Below are positions 49,176 through 59,329 of a DNA stretch of 59,329 bases, in pieces; within the stretch, counting starts at the first letter, position 1; every line of letters starts with the position of its first letter. Origin of the DNA: a virus (Duplodnaviria > Caudoviricetes). Below the pieces are notes generated by a model, which ran no database searches, was not told where the DNA came from, and saw only the letters and a list, made by a program, of their open reading frames with translations. The DNA is taken from the IMG/VR virus record IMGVR_UViG_3300009184_000050, positions 1-59,329 of that record, one strand, 5' to 3'. The position numbers and the translations under genes were made by a program.

Positions 49176-49748
49176 ATGAACGGTGAATGGTGTTTTTTTA
49201 AATCATATTTAAGTAAAGAAAAGTGTAAGAAAATTATTGAACTATCCAAAGATATACCTGAACAAGAAGCCAGAGTTGGAATAAATGATTCGTCTAGATT
49301 AAGTGATACTAGACGTAGTAAAATAAAGTTTATTGAAACATATAACTATGATTATGAATTTTTGTTTGACTTGCTTTGGAAAACTGCTAGGCAAGCCAAT
49401 AACGATTTTTTTAATTTTCATATCTCTAGATTAAATTATATACAATTAGCTGAATACCATTCTAACTATAAGGGTGAATATAAAGATCACCATGATGTTT
49501 TTTGGATGAATGGCGATCCAATGTATCATAGAAAACTTTCATGTATTATTCAACTAACAGATCCTAATGAATATGAAGGTGGAGAATTTGAATTAATTGA
49601 CACAGATAATAAACCTGCTCAAAGTGATATAAAGCAGCAAGGCACTATTATATTTTTCCCTTCTTTTTATCTTCATAGAGCTAAACCAGTTACAGCAGGG
49701 GTTAGACATAGCATAGCTGCATGGTTTGATGGCCCTAAATGGAGGTAA
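49176..49748 (+). CDS. 2OG-Fe(II) oxygenase (prolyl 4-hydroxylase-like)
   Basis: HHD, RKLS, YEGG, FPS..LH..PVT.G.R.S...W. Confidence 0.9.
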   Translation: MNGEWCFFKSYLSKEKCKKIIELSKDIPEQEARVGINDSSRLSDTRRSKIKFIETYNYDYEFLFDLLWKTARQANNDFFNFHISRLNYIQLAEYHSNYKGEYKDHHDVFWMNGDPMYHRKLSCIIQLTDPNEYEGGEFELIDTDNKPAQSDIKQQGTIIFFPSFYLHRAKPVTAGVRHSIAAWFDGPKWR

Positions 49749-49749
49749 C

Positions 49750-50304
49750 GTGAGAACCAATGTAGTTATAACAGAAGATTTTTATCTCAATCCTGATGAA
49801 GTTAGAAATTTTGCACTATCTCAAGAATTCAGTCAGAAAGGAAATTATCCTGGATTACGCACAAACAGTTTTTTAAATGATAGTATAAAAGAAATTATTC
49901 AAAATATGTTAAGGCCATTTAGTGGCAATGTTACAAATTGGAATGACCGAGCTGGTTTAACAGGCTCTTTTGAACTTGCAACAGCTACAAATAGAAGTTG
50001 GATGCACACCGATGAATACAATTCTTGGGCAGGAGTGTGTTACCTTACCCCTGATGCTCCTTTATCAGGTGGTACAGGATTGTTTATGTATAAGAAAACC
50101 AGAAGTATTTATGAAGACGGCACTGACTATTCTTGTGATACCCAAGACATGACTAAATGGGAGTTGGTAGATAGAATAGCCAATAGATATAATAGATTGG
50201 TATTATATAGAAGCAATATGTATCATACTTCACTAGATTATTTTGGAAAAAATTTACAGGATGGAAGGCTATTTCAGTTATTTTTTATAAACACCGAGTA
50301 CTAA
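49750..50304 (+). CDS. 2OG-Fe(II) oxygenase-like (DUF6445-like)
   Basis: DFY.NPD.VR, YPGLR, WMHTD, GVCYLTP, NRLVLY...H, R.FQ.FF. Confidence 0.8.
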   Translation: MRTNVVITEDFYLNPDEVRNFALSQEFSQKGNYPGLRTNSFLNDSIKEIIQNMLRPFSGNVTNWNDRAGLTGSFELATATNRSWMHTDEYNSWAGVCYLTPDAPLSGGTGLFMYKKTRSIYEDGTDYSCDTQDMTKWELVDRIANRYNRLVLYRSNMYHTSLDYFGKNLQDGRLFQLFFINTEY

Positions 50305-50305
50305 A

Positions 50306-51061
50306 ATGAAAATTTGTAGAGTTATTTTTTCTGCTAATCGGTTTGAATTTTTAATTCCAACTTTACAATCTCATGAACAGTTTGTTAATTTCGGCGATCA
50401 TGAAGTTCACAGTATTTTCATAGATGATTATCCTATGAGAAGATATGATAATGCTATAATAGATACAGCTAAAAAATATGGATTTAACGAAGTGGTATTA
50501 CATCCTAATAATAAGGGTATAACTCTAACTTGGTCAGAACTATGGGAATACTTGAGTACCCAAGATTTTGATTTTATTTGGCATCATGAAGATGATGTGG
50601 TTTTTACTCAGCCAATAAATATACAATTATTAATTGATTTTTTACAAAATAATCCAAAAGTATGTCAGATATGTTTACAAAGAAATCCGTGGTATGATTA
50701 TGAATTAAATCAGCCTTTAATTGAAGAAAGTGATATTATATTAAATGACAACTTTAGATACAATCTTAAAGACGAACATTTTTGGACTCTAGCATCTCTA
50801 TATCCACATTGGCTAACTAAAGAACCTATTAAAGAAACATTAGGTTGTAATTTAGGCGAGTATCCCGTAATGAAATATTTTAGAGACAGATACAATATGA
50901 AAATGGCTATTTTAAAAAATCATGACGGGACACCAATAGTGGAGCATATTGGTGTATGGTCACAAGGAACACGAGTTTTAGAAAACGAACCAGGATGGGA
51001 CAAATTTAAATATTTTGATTCTATGAAAAGATATGATTCTAAAACTGGTAATCTTTATTGA
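50306..51061 (+). CDS. GT-A/GT2-like glycosyltransferase
   Basis: FIDD; DFIWHHEDDV; QICLQR.PW; VEHIG. Confidence 0.8.
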   Translation: MKICRVIFSANRFEFLIPTLQSHEQFVNFGDHEVHSIFIDDYPMRRYDNAIIDTAKKYGFNEVVLHPNNKGITLTWSELWEYLSTQDFDFIWHHEDDVVFTQPINIQLLIDFLQNNPKVCQICLQRNPWYDYELNQPLIEESDIILNDNFRYNLKDEHFWTLASLYPHWLTKEPIKETLGCNLGEYPVMKYFRDRYNMKMAILKNHDGTPIVEHIGVWSQGTRVLENEPGWDKFKYFDSMKRYDSKTGNLY

Positions 51062-51071
51062 AGAGTTTTAA

Positions 51072-52124
51072 GTGATCACTTATACATGGGAAGTTTTATC
51101 TTTATACACTAAACCGTCACTAAACGGATTAGACAATGTGGTAAGAAGAGTCACTTGGAGATTTCAAGTTACCGACGGCGGTAACTACGGAGAGATATAT
51201 CAGGATACGCATTTACCTGACCCAATTGACAGTAATACTTATATTGCATATCCTAATTTATCTGAAGAAATCATCTTAGGTTGGGTACAAAATATAGAAA
51301 ATGTGCCTGCATTAGAAGCTGAACTACAATCAAGATTAGAAAAATCAAAAAATCCAGACATCGTTGAGAATAAATTACCTTGGAGGTTAGAACATAGATA
51401 TAACCCTAGAGAAGATTTGTATGTAGTTGTTTTTAATGATGAACCTGTATATGGCCCGATTCATTGGAATTCAGATGAAATGAATGCATCTTTGGAAGCA
51501 TGCGGTCATCCTAGATCTATACCTGAAAATATTTTAGCATTTAGAAAGGGTATCGTGCCATATGATAAGCCTCTAATAGTAAGTAATACTCTTAGAATTT
51601 ATAAAGCTAATTTATTGAATAATCAGCCACTAAAAAACCCATTCTTTGATAACGGACATATAGAATGGGACTTTTCAGGAGACATTGCAGTTGGAACTTA
51701 TCAATCTGTAGAAAAAGATGTCAGTTTCGGTCAAAATCACCTTAGAGATTTAATTAGAAATTGGTGTACACAAATGGCTGATACATTTATAAAAATAAAT
51801 ATAAACAATGAAGATCATTATTTCCATAGTCAGTTGCTGTATAGACTAGAATTAGGTCATAAAATTAACACAATGGATGACACTAGCACATGTTTTTGGA
51901 AAAGCTGTGAGATGCCTTTTGGAAACTGGTTCTCAGCATCTAAAGCTAATTTAATAGAAATTTTAACAATATTAGAAGATAGAAATACTTTTATAATAAA
52001 TTGGGAAAGAGAGAAAAACATGTTACTTACACAGTGTACTAGTATAACTGAAGTAATAAATTTGTCTGAAACCTTACATGGTGAAATGAATGCTTGGTTA
52101 AATGCTAACACTATAATTCTATAA
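51072..52124 (+). CDS. Tail-fibre-associated (assembly-like) protein
   Basis: ITYTW.V..L......DNVV..V.W N-domain, typical next to fibre genes. Confidence 0.6.
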   Translation: MITYTWEVLSLYTKPSLNGLDNVVRRVTWRFQVTDGGNYGEIYQDTHLPDPIDSNTYIAYPNLSEEIILGWVQNIENVPALEAELQSRLEKSKNPDIVENKLPWRLEHRYNPREDLYVVVFNDEPVYGPIHWNSDEMNASLEACGHPRSIPENILAFRKGIVPYDKPLIVSNTLRIYKANLLNNQPLKNPFFDNGHIEWDFSGDIAVGTYQSVEKDVSFGQNHLRDLIRNWCTQMADTFIKININNEDHYFHSQLLYRLELGHKINTMDDTSTCFWKSCEMPFGNWFSASKANLIEILTILEDRNTFIINWEREKNMLLTQCTSITEVINLSETLHGEMNAWLNANTIIL

Positions 52125-52158
52125 ACAAGATAAATAACAAAATAAAGGTGTACATATT

Positions 52159-53091
52159 ATGACTCTCCCAACATCAGGTCCAATTTCATTTAATGATATT
52201 AGTTTTGAAATATATCAAAATATTGCAACCTATAACTTAAATAATCCAGATGGTAGAACCTTGGCTGGCGTGCCAACTCCTAATTCTCAAATTTCATTAA
52301 GCGATTTTTATGGTAAAACTTATCCTCGGGTAGTAACTGGAATACGTGTTACATTAATAGGAGGTGGTGGAGGAGGTGGTGGTGGACCTCGAGGTGGTGG
52401 CGGTGCAAGTGGTCAACTTTCAACAAATACGCCGGTAACACTTGATAAGAATAATTCATATACATATAGCATAGGATCTGCTGGAGTAGGTGGAAGTGCC
52501 AACAGTACAGGCGGTTCTGGCGGAAGTACATCACTGACTGGTATAGCAACTGTTGGCGGTGGTGGCGGTGGCACAGTTGGTATATCAGGTGGCAGAGGTG
52601 GTAATGGTGGCAATAATACTAATTATTTTGGTGGTACTGGTTGGCCGACTGCTGGTTCTAGTGGTGCAGGAGGTGGTGGTGCTGGTCAAGGTAGCAATGG
52701 TAACAATGCATCGAGCACTAACGTTGGCGGTAATGGTGCAGCTGGAACTACTATATCTGGCATACTCTTAGGATATGGTGGAGGCGGGGGAACTGCGACT
52801 GGTAGTACTAGCGGAACAGGTAGTCCAGGAGGCGGAGGAAAGGGTGGTGCAGGTACCCCGGCGACTGGAAATGCGGCAACTGTACTAGGAAGTGGCGGTG
52901 GTGGTGGTGGCGGTGGCAGTAGTATAGGTGGTGCTGGGCGCGTCGGCACAATAATTTTAGATTTCACCGCAGCCACTGGATCAGGAACATTAACTGTTTA
53001 TAACGGCCCAACTGTAGTTGGTTCTCCTCAATCAATAGCCGGATCTATTATTAGTTTACCCACCAATGGTGCGTACTTTATTATATCATAA
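52159..53091 (+). CDS. Glycine-rich adhesin-like tail protein
   Basis: MTLPTSGPISFNDI...ISLSDFYGK cap followed by many polyglycine runs (polyglycine-II type). Confidence 0.8.
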   Translation: MTLPTSGPISFNDISFEIYQNIATYNLNNPDGRTLAGVPTPNSQISLSDFYGKTYPRVVTGIRVTLIGGGGGGGGGPRGGGGASGQLSTNTPVTLDKNNSYTYSIGSAGVGGSANSTGGSGGSTSLTGIATVGGGGGGTVGISGGRGGNGGNNTNYFGGTGWPTAGSSGAGGGGAGQGSNGNNASSTNVGGNGAAGTTISGILLGYGGGGGTATGSTSGTGSPGGGGKGGAGTPATGNAATVLGSGGGGGGGGSSIGGAGRVGTIILDFTAATGSGTLTVYNGPTVVGSPQSIAGSIISLPTNGAYFIIS

Positions 53092-53115
53092 CCAACAAAA
53101 ACACCATAGTAGAAT

Positions 53116-53209
53116 TTAACTGTTAGTTATGAGAAATTAGTACCATTAAATGGTCGAAGCTATCAAAGAACTTATAGCAGAGGTTGAGGAACTTAAGAAA
53201 TCTCTATAG
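53116..53209 (+). pseudogene. Orphan S74 chaperone C-terminus remnant
   Basis: LTVSYEKLVPL / frameshift / MVEAIKELIAEVEELKKSL*; matches the ends of the three fibre proteins. Confidence 0.75.
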
Positions 53210-53260
53210 GAACAAATTAATTGATTATCATAAATATATATGACATAGGGAATATATAAT

Positions 53261-56200
53261 ATGGTTCAAGCAGTTAAAATCACCTCGCTTAATGATATCG
53301 GTACTAGTATCATGTATACTACATTGGTGCCTGTAGTAAACATGACCGGTACCCCTACTACTGAAAAAGCTAACCTACAAATCGTAGGAAATTTAATATT
53401 ATCAGGAGCAGGAGGTTCTTATTTTCCTCCTGCTGCTCAAGCAACTATATCGCAGTTTGTAGCATATGCTGCTCAACCCAATATTACATCAGTTGGTACA
53501 CTAACATCTTTAGCAGTATTAGGCAATATAACTAGTGGCAATGCTAATTTAGGCAATCTAGCAATAGCAAATGTATTTTCAGGTACATTAAATGGTAGTG
53601 CTGCTAGCGCAAATACTGCAAATACTGCCAACACTGTTACATTAAATGCTCAACCAAACATTACTTCTCTTGGTACACTAACATCTTTAAATGTTACAGG
53701 TTTAGCTAATCTAGGTGCTGTAACTAATATAACTATAACCGGTGGTAGTCCAAACTACGTACTACAAACAGATGGTAATGGTACGTTAAGTTGGGCAGCA
53801 CAAACTGGTGGCGGTGGTAATATCGGTAATTGGACTTTTGACAATGTTACAGCAACCACTCCAGAAAATATTATCGTACAAGCTGGACCTGCAACTAATT
53901 CTTGGGCAAGTTTACTAAGTAATGACGGCAACAATAGTTTATGGGTTGACAATTACGGAGCACATGTTACCACCGATTTTGCCGGAGCACAAAATTATTG
54001 GACTTTTGGCACAGACGGTAATCTAACGATACCGGGTAATCAAGGAAGTATTGGAACTGTATATGCAGATGGTATTGACATTATAGCTCCAATTGGTGGT
54101 TATGCTGAACTAGCTTCTGGTAACTTAAACAACTTCATATATGTACAGGATGAAGGTGCATATGTGAATACAGATAGAAACGGTGTTGACCATCAATGGT
54201 TGTTTGATACAAGTGGTAGACTAACATTCCCTGATACTACTCTTGCAGGACGTGACCTAGAAGGTACAGGTGATTTTGGATTTGAAATGCCGGCTAATGT
54301 TGGTTTCACTATTTTAGCTGATCTTGGAAATAGTCAATGGACATTTGGCGCAGATGGTAACTTAACCACACCGGGTAATATTATCTTAGATAATATCGGT
54401 GATGCTAATATCAGTTCTGATGCAAATATTAATATTAATGCAGCAGGTAATATTTGGCAATTTGGCGCAGATGGTAACTTAACCACACCGGGTAATATTA
54501 TTCTTGATGTTGCAGGTGATGCTAATATCAGTTCTGATGCAAATATTAATATTAATGCAGCAGGTAATATTTGGCAATTTGGCGCAGATGGCTCCTTACA
54601 AGTGCCAGCAAATTTTGCTGATCCTATCCCAGGCACTATTGCCGCAGCAAACGGTTATCCAACATTGCTGGCATACGGCAGCGGAAGCGGAGGAGGCTTT
54701 GGAGTCCACGGCGGTCCTGAACTGGATTGGATGAACGCCGACGACCCTGCTAATAATTTTGGTAATAGTAGTGTATTACGCCACACCGCGTTTCTAAATG
54801 CCACTGGTTTTTACATCGGAATGAATGAAAACCACGTGGTAGGAAATACAACCGCAAATTGGCTTTTCACCCCTAGTGGCAATTTAAGATTACCTTATTC
54901 TAGTACTACAGCAAATTTATCTTTCACAATGACCAATATAGGCAGTGTTGCCTATAATAGTGCCTCTCCATTAAGTAGTGGTGGTAGTTTAGAATTTGTA
55001 GGTGACGAGTCAAATCATTTCTTAGTAGTACCTAATGAAGCAAGATTTGCTCCTGGCACGGGTGACTTTACTATTGAATGGTATCAATATGTAACTAGCG
55101 ATGGTCATGCATGGCCAAGACCATTCAGTCTTGGTGTTTGCTGTAGTAACATCAACAGTTTGTTAGTGGGGTTATTTGAAGGTGGCTCTAACATTATGGC
55201 AATACAGACACAATCTGGTTATAATCCCTTCTCTGGTTGGAATAATACATTAAATGTTTGGCAACATATTGCTGTGGTGCGCTCGTCAGGTACAGTAACT
55301 ATCTATCAAAACGGTGTAGCATTTAATTCTGTTTCCATACCAGATGATATTGCTTACAATCCTACAAACGGTTATTTCCTAAGCATCGGTAGCCCAACAG
55401 CAGATGGTACAACAGGTAATGAAAGTATTAATTCGCAGTACGTTGGTTTAATAACAAATATGCGTTATGTTGTTGGTACAGCAGTTTACACCGGCAACTT
55501 TACACCAAGTACTGATCCACTAACTTTAATTTCGGGCACAGAGTTGTTGCTACAAGTTGCAAATTCAGGTACACTTGCTGAAGCACTTTATATCGGAACC
55601 ATAGTAAACAATTCATCTATTATTTCAAACGGCAATGCTTGGACATTTGGCGGTGACGGCAATCTAACATTACCAGGTAATACATCAGGTATCAACTCTA
55701 CTGGTAACGTTCAAATCAATTCTAATGCTCAGTCCTGGAACTTTGGTGCAGATGGTTCTACAATATTCCCTACATTAACTACACAGCGTGGTGACAATCC
55801 TAGTGGCACAATCACCGGTCAAACATTGTTGTTTGGTGATGTTAATCAAGAAGCAATCATTTCAACACCTAACGGTATTGATAGTATTCCTGACAGTCAA
55901 CGTTTAGTAATCAATCCTGGTCAAGGGTACGACGACGGAGAAGGCGGAGACATTTATCTATGGGCTGGTCGCGGTGGTAATGGTTCAGGATCAGGCGGTG
56001 ACATTAAGATTCGCGGTGGTCAAGGTGGTGCTAACACTAGTGGTGGCACAGGTGGCGCGGGTGGTTACATTCGTATCGAAGCCGGTGATGCAGCCAGTGC
56101 AGGATTCCCCGGATATGTTGATATTAACGGTGGTAATAGTTCTATCGCACAAGGCGGATATGTTGAAATCTTAGGTGGACAAGGTGCAACAATTGGTGGC

Positions 56201-59200
56201 GATGCAAATCTTAAAGGTGGTTATGGTACTGCAACAGGCGGTAATGTTAATATTTGGGGAGGCGCATCAGGTAACGGTCAGGTCAATGAAGGGGATGTAA
56301 ATATTCAAACCGGTGGTAACACTTGGACATTTGATCCTTCAGGTAACTTACAATTACCAGACACCACAAGCGTTATTGCTAACGTAAGCATAACACTTGA
56401 AGCAAACGACACAGGGAATATCACGGGATTAAGTCTAACCGGCGATGCCCACGCAAATCTATATGCTCATGGTAATGTGAATATAGTTAGCGATAGTAGT
56501 AACACTACTGCGACTTGGACATTTGGCACAGATGGTACTACAACATTCCCTAATCCACTACCAAATGCCCGCAGTCAAATCTATACTACAAACGGTGGAT
56601 ACCAAACAGTATTTGAAGCATTTAGTGTCAAAGGCAACGGACAGAAACTTACATTAGACTATGATGCCGCTGAAGTAAAAATACAAACACAGGTTGGCAC
56701 AGAATGGACATTTGGACAATATGGTAACACAATATTTCCTAATGGTACTACTATCAGCAATAAAGAAACTAATTTAACTAAGGGTCCAGCATTAAATTCA
56801 TTTGGCAGCGATAGTTATACAGGAATCTTCACTACTTTGAACTATACTGGGCTTGATACAACTTGGATTGTCAACGGTCCTAACGTTGCCAATGGTGTGA
56901 TACAGAGCATTGATGCGGCTGGTCAAACTATAATTTTAGATAGAAACTCAGGCGGTCCACAATTCCAAAATGGTCAAAGCTACACATTTACCGGCCCATT
57001 AGTCAGTATTGGCACTGACATCACAGTTAATAGCAATAGCTGGACCTTTGGTGCGGATGGTAACTTAACACTACCTGCGAATGCGTTTGCTATCAATTAC
57101 GCTAATGGTACCCAAGTGTCCTTAGGTGGCGGCAACATTACTTGGGCACAGTTAGACGATAAAAATGGTAACAGTGGACCTACTACAATAGCCCTAGGTC
57201 AGAATGCCGGACTTGACGGTCAAGGCAATGCCGCAATAGCAATTGGTAAAAATGCTGGACAAGGCGGTCAAGGTGCGTCATCAATAACAATCGGAGAAGA
57301 TGCCGGTGGTAACACTACTCAAGGCGCCAATTCAGTAGCAATTGGTAGATCGGCTGGTTTTGATGCACAAGGTATAGGTGCTGTTGCTATTGGATCTGGT
57401 GCAGGGTCAAATAGTCAAGGTAATCAAAGTGTTGCAATCGGAGAAAATGCAGGTGTAATCCAAGGATCAACCGCAGTAGCAATTGGAAAAAATTCCGGTG
57501 GCAGTGAGGCTTTACAAGGTGATGACGCAGTGGCTATTGGTCACAGTGCAGGTGAAAGTACTCAAGGCACACAATCAGTTGCTATTGGCTTATATGCTGG
57601 ACAGACCACTCAAGGCGTTAACGCAGTAGCGATTGGTGCTAATGCAGGTATTACAAGTCAAGGTAACAACTCAATCATATTGAATGCTACTGGTGCTAAC
57701 TTAAATCAAACCACAGCAAATACATTCACAGTGAAACCAGTAAGACAAGCCAATACAGCAAATGCCATGTATTATGATGCATCTACTGGTGAGATCACAT
57801 ATGACACTGCCGGCGGTGGTAACGCTAATACAGGCAATGTTACATTTAATAATATCAATGTCATTGGTACAGGAAACTTAAAACTACAACCCGATTCTGC
57901 TAACGCTAATGCTTATTTGGATGTCTATTTAACTGGAGGTCCAGACATTCATATTGCTGGCAACGGTGAAACTGTTATTCTCGGGACTGATAACTTTGCT
58001 AATGTCGCTGTCAATGTTAATGGTAATGTGTCTATACAAGCCGGTGATGCCAATGGCACACATACTTGGAACTTTGATACTGCTGGTAACTTAACACTAC
58101 CCGAAGGTGGTATCATCTATGAAACTAACATTCCAGGTGGGGTATTAACTGGCAATACCATTGTTCTAAAGCCACAGGGCGGAACCAATGCTGACCAACA
58201 GTTACTTGTTTATCCAACAGCAATTGGTGCTGACTTCAATCACCTGCACATGACCTCAGGTAATTTATACAATACTGAATTATTCTTAGGTAATGATGAC
58301 TTCTATGTAAAATTAGCCAACACTGGTAACGTTATTATCAACAGCAATGATGACAATGGTAATACTGCTATGTGGACATTTGGCACAGATGGTAATTTAA
58401 CATTACCGCAACTTACTACAATCAATGATGTAAGCGACAATGGTACTAGATTAACAGTGGGTGTTCCACCGACTGTAATAGCTATCAGTGGTGCAGATTT
58501 TAGTCCAGTGAATACTACTTACAATAGAGACTTTGGTCAAGCAACTCCAACTTGGTACCCAGCTGGTTATACGCCAGGTGTTGATCCTTATATAATGTTT
58601 ACAGGTGGTCAATATGGGATTTATAATCCTGGATTTGTCCCACCGCTTTATGTCAACACTGGTACATTGAATACACCATTAATACAATGGAATACTAATC
58701 CTCCATTAGGCAGCGTTCCCCCTACAGCAGTATATACATATGGTGTTACTGGGCCTGCTTGGAACTTTGGTACAGATGGTAATCTAACATTGCCGGGCAA
58801 TCTAGTAATCAATGGTCTTGCAAATGTATTTGGATCAAATGTTGCATTATTACAATCAAATCCTGATCTACCATTACTATCAGTATCAAGTGGTAGCAAT
58901 GGTGCTGTATCAAGTCTTTGGGTAGAAGACATTGGCAACGTCGGCACTAGTAATATAGCGGCAGTATATGCTAATCCTACTTCAGGATCAAAGATTGTTA
59001 GAATAGCAGTAGGACAAAATGGTGGTAACGCTGGTCCTAATCTATGGGACTTTAATGCTAATGGTACTACAACATTCCCGGGTAACTTGATTAGTAGTGG
59101 TGCAAGCCCTGCCCCAAGTATTAGTGGTTTCTCTAGTGTAAGCGCATCAACATTTACTAACGGTAACTCAAATGTAACTATCAATTCTAACTCAAAGTCA

Positions 59201-59329
59201 TGGTTATTTGATAGTACCGGCAACGCAACATTCCCGGCAAACGGAACAACAGCTTTACATAATATCACAGGCAACGGTTTAGCATTGTTTGGTCAAGTTC
59301 ATATTGGTGGTAACTTAAATTATGCAGAA
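53261..59329 (+). CDS. Giant modular tail fibre/adhesin (>2023 aa, truncated by window end)
   Basis: ATG 53261 after TAAATA; same frame at spot checks (53999, 59282) and no stop-terminated ORF in the track. AQPNITS.GTL repeats, many W.FG.DG.L..P motifs, LamG/ConA-like domain (~55030-55560), YadA-head-like QG..A.AIG..AG repeats (~57180-57700). Confidence 0.88.
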   Translation, partial: MVQAVKITSLNDIGTSIMYTTLVPVVNMTGTPTTEKANLQIVGNLILSGAGGSYFPPAAQATISQFVAYAAQPNITSVGTLTSLAVLGNITSGNANLGNLAIANVFSGTLNGSAASANTANTANTVTLNAQPNITSLGTLTSLNVTGLANLGAVTNITITGGSPNYVLQTDGNGTLSWAAQTGGGGNIGNWTFDNVTATTPENIIVQAGPATNSWASLLSNDGNNSLWVDNYGAHVTTDFAGAQNYWTFGTDGNLTIPGNQGSIGTVYADGIDIIAPIGGYAELASGNLNNFIYVQDEGAYVNTDRNGVDHQWLFDTSGRLTFPDTTLAGRDLEGTGDFGFEMPANVGFTILADLGNSQWTFGADGNLTTPGNIILDNIGDANISSDANININAAGNIWQFGADGNLTTPGNIILDVAGDANISSDANININAAGNIWQFGADGSLQVPANFADPIPGTIAAANGYPTLLAYGSGSGGGFGVHGGPELDWMNADDPANNFGNSSVLRHTAFLNATGFYIGMNENHVVGNTTANWLFTPSGNLRLPYSSTTANLSFTMTNIGSVAYNSASPLSSGGSLEFVGDESNHFLVVPNEARFAPGTGDFTIEWYQYVTSDGHAWPRPFSLGVCCSNINSLLVGLFEGGSNIMAIQTQSGYNPFSGWNNTLNVWQHIAVVRSSGTVTIYQNGVAFNSVSIPDDIAYNPTNGYFLSIGSPTADGTTGNESINSQYVGLITNMRYVVGTAVYTGNFTPSTDPLTLISGTELLLQVANSGTLAEALYIGTIVNNSSIISNGNAWTFGGDGNLTLPGNTSGINSTGNVQINSNAQSWNFGADGSTIFPTLTTQRGDNPSGTITGQTLLFGDVNQEAIISTPNGIDSIPDSQRLVINPGQGYDDGEGGDIYLWAGRGGNGSGSGGDIKIRGGQGGANTSGGTGGAGGYIRIEAGDAASAGFPGYVDINGGNSSIAQGGYVEILGGQGATIGGDANLKGGYGTATGGNVNIWGGASGNGQVNEGDVNIQTGGNTWTFDPSGNLQLPDTTSVIANVSITLEANDTGNITGLSLTGDAHANLYAHGNVNIVSDSSNTTATWTFGTDGTTTFPNPLPNARSQIYTTNGGYQTVFEAFSVKGNGQKLTLDYDAAEVKIQTQVGTEWTFGQYGNTIFPNGTTISNKETNLTKGPALNSFGSDSYTGIFTTLNYTGLDTTWIVNGPNVANGVIQSIDAAGQTIILDRNSGGPQFQNGQSYTFTGPLVSIGTDITVNSNSWTFGADGNLTLPANAFAINYANGTQVSLGGGNITWAQLDDKNGNSGPTTIALGQNAGLDGQGNAAIAIGKNAGQGGQGASSITIGEDAGGNTTQGANSVAIGRSAGFDAQGIGAVAIGSGAGSNSQGNQSVAIGENAGVIQGSTAVAIGKNSGGSEALQGDDAVAIGHSAGESTQGTQSVAIGLYAGQTTQGVNAVAIGANAGITSQGNNSIILNATGANLNQTTANTFTVKPVRQANTANAMYYDASTGEITYDTAGGGNANTGNVTFNNINVIGTGNLKLQPDSANANAYLDVYLTGGPDIHIAGNGETVILGTDNFANVAVNVNGNVSIQAGDANGTHTWNFDTAGNLTLPEGGIIYETNIPGGVLTGNTIVLKPQGGTNADQQLLVYPTAIGADFNHLHMTSGNLYNTELFLGNDDFYVKLANTGNVIINSNDDNGNTAMWTFGTDGNLTLPQLTTINDVSDNGTRLTVGVPPTVIAISGADFSPVNTTYNRDFGQATPTWYPAGYTPGVDPYIMFTGGQYGIYNPGFVPPLYVNTGTLNTPLIQWNTNPPLGSVPPTAVYTYGVTGPAWNFGTDGNLTLPGNLVINGLANVFGSNVALLQSNPDLPLLSVSSGSNGAVSSLWVEDIGNVGTSNIAAVYANPTSGSKIVRIAVGQNGGNAGPNLWDFNANGTTTFPGNLISSGASPAPSISGFSSVSASTFTNGNSNVTINSNSKSWLFDSTGNATFPANGTTALHNITGNGLALFGQVHIGGNLNYAE
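54344..54591 (+). repeat. Tandem 117-bp duplication inside the fibre gene
   Basis: TTTGGCGCAGATGGTAACTTAACCACACCGGGTAATATTAT at 54344 and 54461. Confidence 0.9.

Noticed and set aside
43270-54591. Diversity-generating retroelement TR/VR pair
   Set aside because: Repeats are in-frame coding duplications without adenine-specific variation; no reverse transcriptase in the window.
42854-59274. Many antisense and alternate-frame ORFs in the fibre genes
   Set aside because: Shadows of low-complexity Gly/Thr/Asn codon repeats; no SD or motifs.
1-59329. Alternative genetic code (stop reassignment)
   Set aside because: Known genes are full length in code 11 and end in TAA, TAG and TGA.

Overview
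59.3 kb segment of a large, AT-rich, tailed dsDNA phage with T4-like organisation and the standard genetic code. The host is inferred to be proteobacterial, probably a betaproteobacterium. No tRNA, rRNA, CRISPR array or integrase was seen. Left to right: (1) putative head-internal proteins, UvsE, a GIY-YIG homing endonuclease with a structured leader, a GIY-YIG gene beside an SF2 helicase-HNH gene, and a T4 RNase H-like 5'-3' exonuclease. (2) A small-protein/phasin-like operon behind a PhaR-like box. (3) Early genes, each driven by a repeated sigma70 promoter-leader cassette, then an ATP-dependent DNA ligase. (4) A proteostasis/translation module: ClpX, bS21, Hsp20 with a ROSE-like leader, ClpS, ClpP, and further right IF-1, SOD and ErpA. 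(5) A methyltransferase/glycosyltransferase island with recombination scars. (6) A virion fibre region: three collagen-S74 fibres, 2OG-Fe(II) oxygenases, a glycosyltransferase, a Gly-rich adhesin and a >2000-aa fibre running off the right end. Best candidates for new biology: a phage-encoded collagen/mucin hydroxylation-glycosylation system, N-terminal capsid-targeting-like leaders on enzymes, apparently leaderless late mRNAs alongside phage IF-1/bS21, and a possibly PHA-sensing operon. All family assignments are from motif recognition by eye; no database searches were run.
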